Below are positions 59,794 through 64,000 of a DNA stretch of 64,000 bases, piece after piece (the first letter of the stretch is position 1; every line of letters begins with the position of its first letter). Made by a program: the position numbers and the translations under genes. Origin of the DNA: the human T2T-CHM13v2.0 reference genome, Homo sapiens; the NCBI RefSeq assembly GCF_009914755.1, contig NC_060932.1; one strand, 5' to 3'. The notes under the pieces are model-generated. The model had not been told where the DNA came from. It did no database searches and saw only the letters and a list, made by a program, of their open reading frames with translations.

Positions 59794-60344
59794 ACACCAA
59801 ACCTCAGAATTTAGCTGGGCATATAAACAAAGACAATATTTCTCAACCTCCCTTACCTCTAGGTAGGGCCATGTGACAAAATTATGGCCAATGACGTGTG
59901 AGCAAGCATAATATGTGTTACTTCTGGCTTGAATATTAAAAGGAGGGGTTTTATCTTCTTTCCCTTTTCTGCTGGGTGGAGTGTGGACATACTGACATGT
60001 AATGGTCCACAAGGATGAGGCTGACGCCATACAGGTAGCAGAGAAACAAGGTAAAATGAGCCTTGCTTTTGAAGAATTTTCAGAATGGAACTACCATACC
60101 TCTTCACAAATTTATGTGAGAGAGAAATAGACTCTAAGTTTGCTTAATTCACTATTATTTTCTGTCTCTGTGTAGACGGCAATCCTATATCTTAAATAAT
60201 ACAGGGTCCAAATGAGAGTGCAGTGCCAGAGTTTTCAATGCTAGCAAATATATATGTATAATTTCAAATAATGTTTGTGAACTAGATGCTGAACTTTTTT
60301 TTCTTGCCTTGTGAAAATTTCTAATTTACAATGACTGAGATGAC

Positions 60345-60830
60345 CCAGTGTAGCGAACAATGTCAGTGCCCTGCCCAGAACCCCTCATATTCCTTTCTAG
60401 TATATTTTTGTGGGGATGATGCAGGAGGGTGGGACACCATGTCTTTGTTTATGCCTTTGCTTTGAACATGTGCCACTTGTAACTCTTTTTTATGTGGGCT
60501 GCCCTTCAGCCAACTGAAACTGCTTTGCCCAGATGGCAAGGTAAACATAAGTACTGGAGATTTACATTTCCCCAGGGTGGTCCTTAGCCAGCACCTCACC
60601 AGTGTGGGAAAGGGTGAGTTTGGTTTCTTGTTACAGGTCAGGACAACTCTGTAGCACAACTTACACACCAGATTTTCTCTGTGGGACTGTGTCTGAGAGC
60701 ACACTCTTGTGTGGATTCCTCCTGATCCTAATCCTGCTTCTCCCACTCATTAGCTGGTCTCTCCTGGGAGAACTTTATTAGTAAATTATCTACATATAAA
60801 TCCTGTCTCAGATTTGTCTTTGGGTTTCCT
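60345..60830 (+). mobile_element. ERVL LTR16-like LTR
   Basis: gtgccctgcccaga..gggacaactct..ctcctggga..aaatcctgtctcag motifs. Confidence 0.55.
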
Positions 60831-61056
60831 TTGAAAATCAGGAAGTTTTCACATACTTATTTTACAATGAAGTGATAATTACTACAATAAAGTTATTTGA
60901 GCACATATGTCAGCCAAATTGCATTTGTATGTATCATTTGGAAAGTGGCATGATCTGGAAAGCTGGGAAGCTCTGGATCCCCACAGATATCATCGTTTGT
61001 CTGGACAAGTGTTGGAGGAAAGAAAAACAGCCAAGTAAAAGACAAACAGAAAGTTC

Positions 61057-61059
<3 letters not shown>

Positions 61060-61091
<32 letters not shown>
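61060..61091. repeat. (TA)n microsatellite
   Basis: About 16 perfect TA units at the L1 tail. Confidence 0.97.
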
Positions 61092-61094
<3 letters not shown>

Positions 61095-62332
61095 ATTATA
61101 CTTTAAGTTCTGGGGTACATGTGCAGAACGTGCAGGTTTGTTACATAGGTACACACGTGCCATGGTGGTTTGCTGCACCTATCAACCCGTCATCTACATT
61201 AGGTATTTCTCCTAGTGCTATCCCTCCCCTACCCCCCATCTCCCCGACAGGCCCCAGTGTGTGATGTTCCCCTCCCTGTGTCCATGTGTTCTCATTGTTC
61301 ATCTCCCACTTATGAATGAGAACATGTGGTGTGTGGTTTTCTGTTCTTGTGTTAGTTTGCTGAGAATGATGGTTTCCAGCTTTATCCATGTCCCTGCAAA
61401 GGACATGAACTCATCCTTTTTTATGGCTGTATAGTATTCCATGGTGTATGTGTGCCACATTTTCTTTATCCAGTCTATCATTGATGGGCATTTGGGTTGG
61501 TTCCAAGTCTTTGCTATTGTGAACAGTGCAGCAATAAACATATGTGTGCATGTGTCTTTACAGTAGAATGATTTATAATCCTTTGGGTATATACCCAGGA
61601 ATGGGATTGCTGGGTCAAATGGTATTTTTGGTTCTAGATCCTTGAGGAATTGCCACACTGTCTTTCACAATGGTTGAACTAATTTACACTCCCACCAACA
61701 GTGTAAAAGCATTCCTATTTCTCCACATCCTTTCTAGCATCTGTTGTTTCCTGACTTTTTAATGATTGCCATTCTAACTGGCATGAGATGGTATCTCATT
61801 GTGGTTTTGATTTGCATTTCTCTTAATGACCAGGGATGATGAGCTTTTTTTTTCATATGTTTGTTGGTTGCATAAATGTCTTCTTTTGAGAAGTGTCTGT
61901 TCAAACCCTTCACCCACTTTTTGATGGTTTTTTTTTTCTCATAAATTTGTTTAAGTTCTTTGTAGATTCTGGATATTAGTCCTTTGTCAGATGGGTAGAT
62001 TGCAAAAATTTTCTCCCATTCTGATTATCTCAATAGATGCAGAAAAGGCCTTTGATAAAATTCAACACTCCTTCATGCTAAAAGCGCTCAATAAACTAGG
62101 TATTGATTGAACGTATCTCAAAATAATAAGAGCTATTTATGACAAATCCACAGGCAATATCATACTGAATGGGCAAAAACTGGAAGCATTCTCTTTGAAA
62201 ACTGACACAAGACAAAGATGCCCTCTGGCATCACTCCTATTCAACATAGTATTGGAAATTCCAGCCAGGGCAATCAGACAAGAGAAAGAAATAAAGGATA
62301 TTCAAATTGGAAGAGAGGAAATCAAATTGTCC
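61092..62332 (-). mobile_element. L1PA 3' end (61092-62023, -) with inverted ORF2 piece (62024-62332, +)
   Basis: Orientation switch at ..cccattct|gattatctcaatagatgcag; TSD tcctcatat at 61055-61063 and 62330-62338. Confidence 0.9.
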
Positions 62333-63191
62333 TCATATGCTTTCTTAGTTACTGCATGTCATTGTAATTTATGGTAATCTGTGTCAAGAATTTCAATAGC
62401 CTGGATGGATGCATAGAGCAAAGTGGCAATAATGGTAGTAACAGAGGCAGTATAGCTCTACCTTTATGTGACAATAGCATGACATTGAGAGAGGCCAAAC
62501 ATGTGAGGCTTCCTGAACTGACAGACTCAAGATATAGTTGCTTATACCAGTAAAATAGTCAATGGATGGATTAATTTCTGAAGTAGTAGGGTTTTCCTTG
62601 ATGTGCAGAAGCAAGATGACACAATAAATATAAAGAGCAGTGTGGCAGTAGATTCAGGAAAAGAGATGTCTAAGCCATACAGAGCACCAGTTGTGGATCT
62701 CGACTCACTACAACCTCTGCCTCCTGGGCTCAATAAAGACTTAATTTGACATTTGCTAATCGTTTTCTATATGTCTTCTATCTTTTTTTGTCTCTATTTC
62801 TCTATTACTGCCTTCTTTTGTTTAGTGGATTTTTTTCTAGTATGTCATTTTGATTCCCTTCTCATTTATTTTTCTTTATGTAATTTTGATTATTTTCTTA
62901 GTGGTTACTCTGGATATTACAATAACATCTTAAATTTATAACAATCATAGTTTGAATTAATACCAACTTAGCCTCTATAGTATACAAAACGCTGCTTCTA
63001 TACAGCTTTGTCTTCTTTATGTTTTTATTATCACAAATTATCTAATAACATTAAGCTATGTTAATGATAATACAATGTACAAGCTATTGTATAGTAATAC
63101 AATAGCTTAATAATTATTGTTTGATACATTTTCTCTTAAATAATTTAGGGAAAAGTGAGGAATAACAAAACAAAAATATAATAATAGTATC

Positions 63192-63486
63192 TTTTTTTTT
63201 GGAGGCAGGGTCTTACTCTGTCATCCAGGCTGGAGTGTGGTGCTGGTGCTGTGATCACAGCTTACTGCATCCTTTACCTCCTAAGCACAGGTGATCCTCC
63301 TGCCTCTGCCTCCCAATTAGCTGGGACCACAGGCATGTGCCACCATGCCCAGTTAATTTGTTTATTTGTAGAGACTGGGTCTTCCTTTGTTGCCCAGGCT
63401 AGTCTCAAACTCCTGGACTCAAGCAGTCCTCCCATTTTGGCCTTCCAGAGTGCCAGGAGTATAAGTGTGAGCCACTGCACCCAGCT
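63192..63486 (-). mobile_element. Alu (J-like)
   Basis: Antisense dimer; TSD tataata(g/a)tatctt. Confidence 0.9.
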
Positions 63487-63620
63487 ATAATAATATCTTC
63501 TATAGTTACCAATGTATTTACCTTTACTGTGTTTTTAATTTCTTTTATTGCTTCTTGTTACTGTTTTGTGTGCTTTCATTTTAAACTGAAGGACTACCTT
63601 TGGCATTTCTTGTAGGGCAG

Positions 63621-64000
63621 TGTATTAGTTTACTACAGCTGCCATAACAATTTACCATGGACTGGGTAGCTTAAACAAGGATATGTATTTTTTCACAATT
63701 CTGGAGCCTGGAAGTTTGAGATCAAGGTGTTAACTAAGTTGTAGTTTCTTCTGAGGACCCTCTGCTTGGCATATAAGTAACCACCCTCTCCCTGTATCTG
63801 CACAAGGTCTTCCTTCTGTGTTTGTGTTCTAATTTTCTCTTATAAAGATACCAGTTACATTGCATCAGAGCCCATCCTAATGACCTAATTTTCAATCTAA
63901 TTACCTCTTTAAAGGCCCTGTCTCCAAATACAGCCTCATTTTGTGACATACTGGGGTTAGATCTTTAACATATGAACTTTACTGGGATACCATTTGGCCT
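63621..64000 (-). mobile_element. MLT1-type MaLR LTR
   Basis: tgtattagtt..gctgccataaca..ttctggag..aaggccctgtctccaaatacag. Confidence 0.85.

Overview
Repeat-dense primate (almost certainly human, chr8p11) genomic DNA with two tandem + strand ADAM-family genes. It holds the last two coding exons and 3'UTR of ADAM9 (9002-~12300), a short intergenic gap, a CpG-island promoter, and exons 1-6 of ADAM32 (14911-58590; signal peptide and prodomain). All exon phases splice into one open frame. The rest is mostly interspersed repeats: about 27 Alus, many L1s (mostly antisense, including a near full-length L1PA), a nested MLT1A-type MaLR provirus, an ERVL pro/pol remnant, MER8/MER46/MER58 DNA transposons, MIR and L2. 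Nearly all ORF-track entries are L1 or Alu remnants. I found no convincing new biological system. The most unusual signals are a two-part locally templated insertion inside an L1, an L1 antisense promoter aimed at ADAM32 exon 4, a twin-primed inverted L1, template-switch hairpins at the same position in two Alus, an Alu tail turned into a G-quadruplex motif, and several local duplications. Repeat boundaries are approximate and subfamily calls were made by eye.
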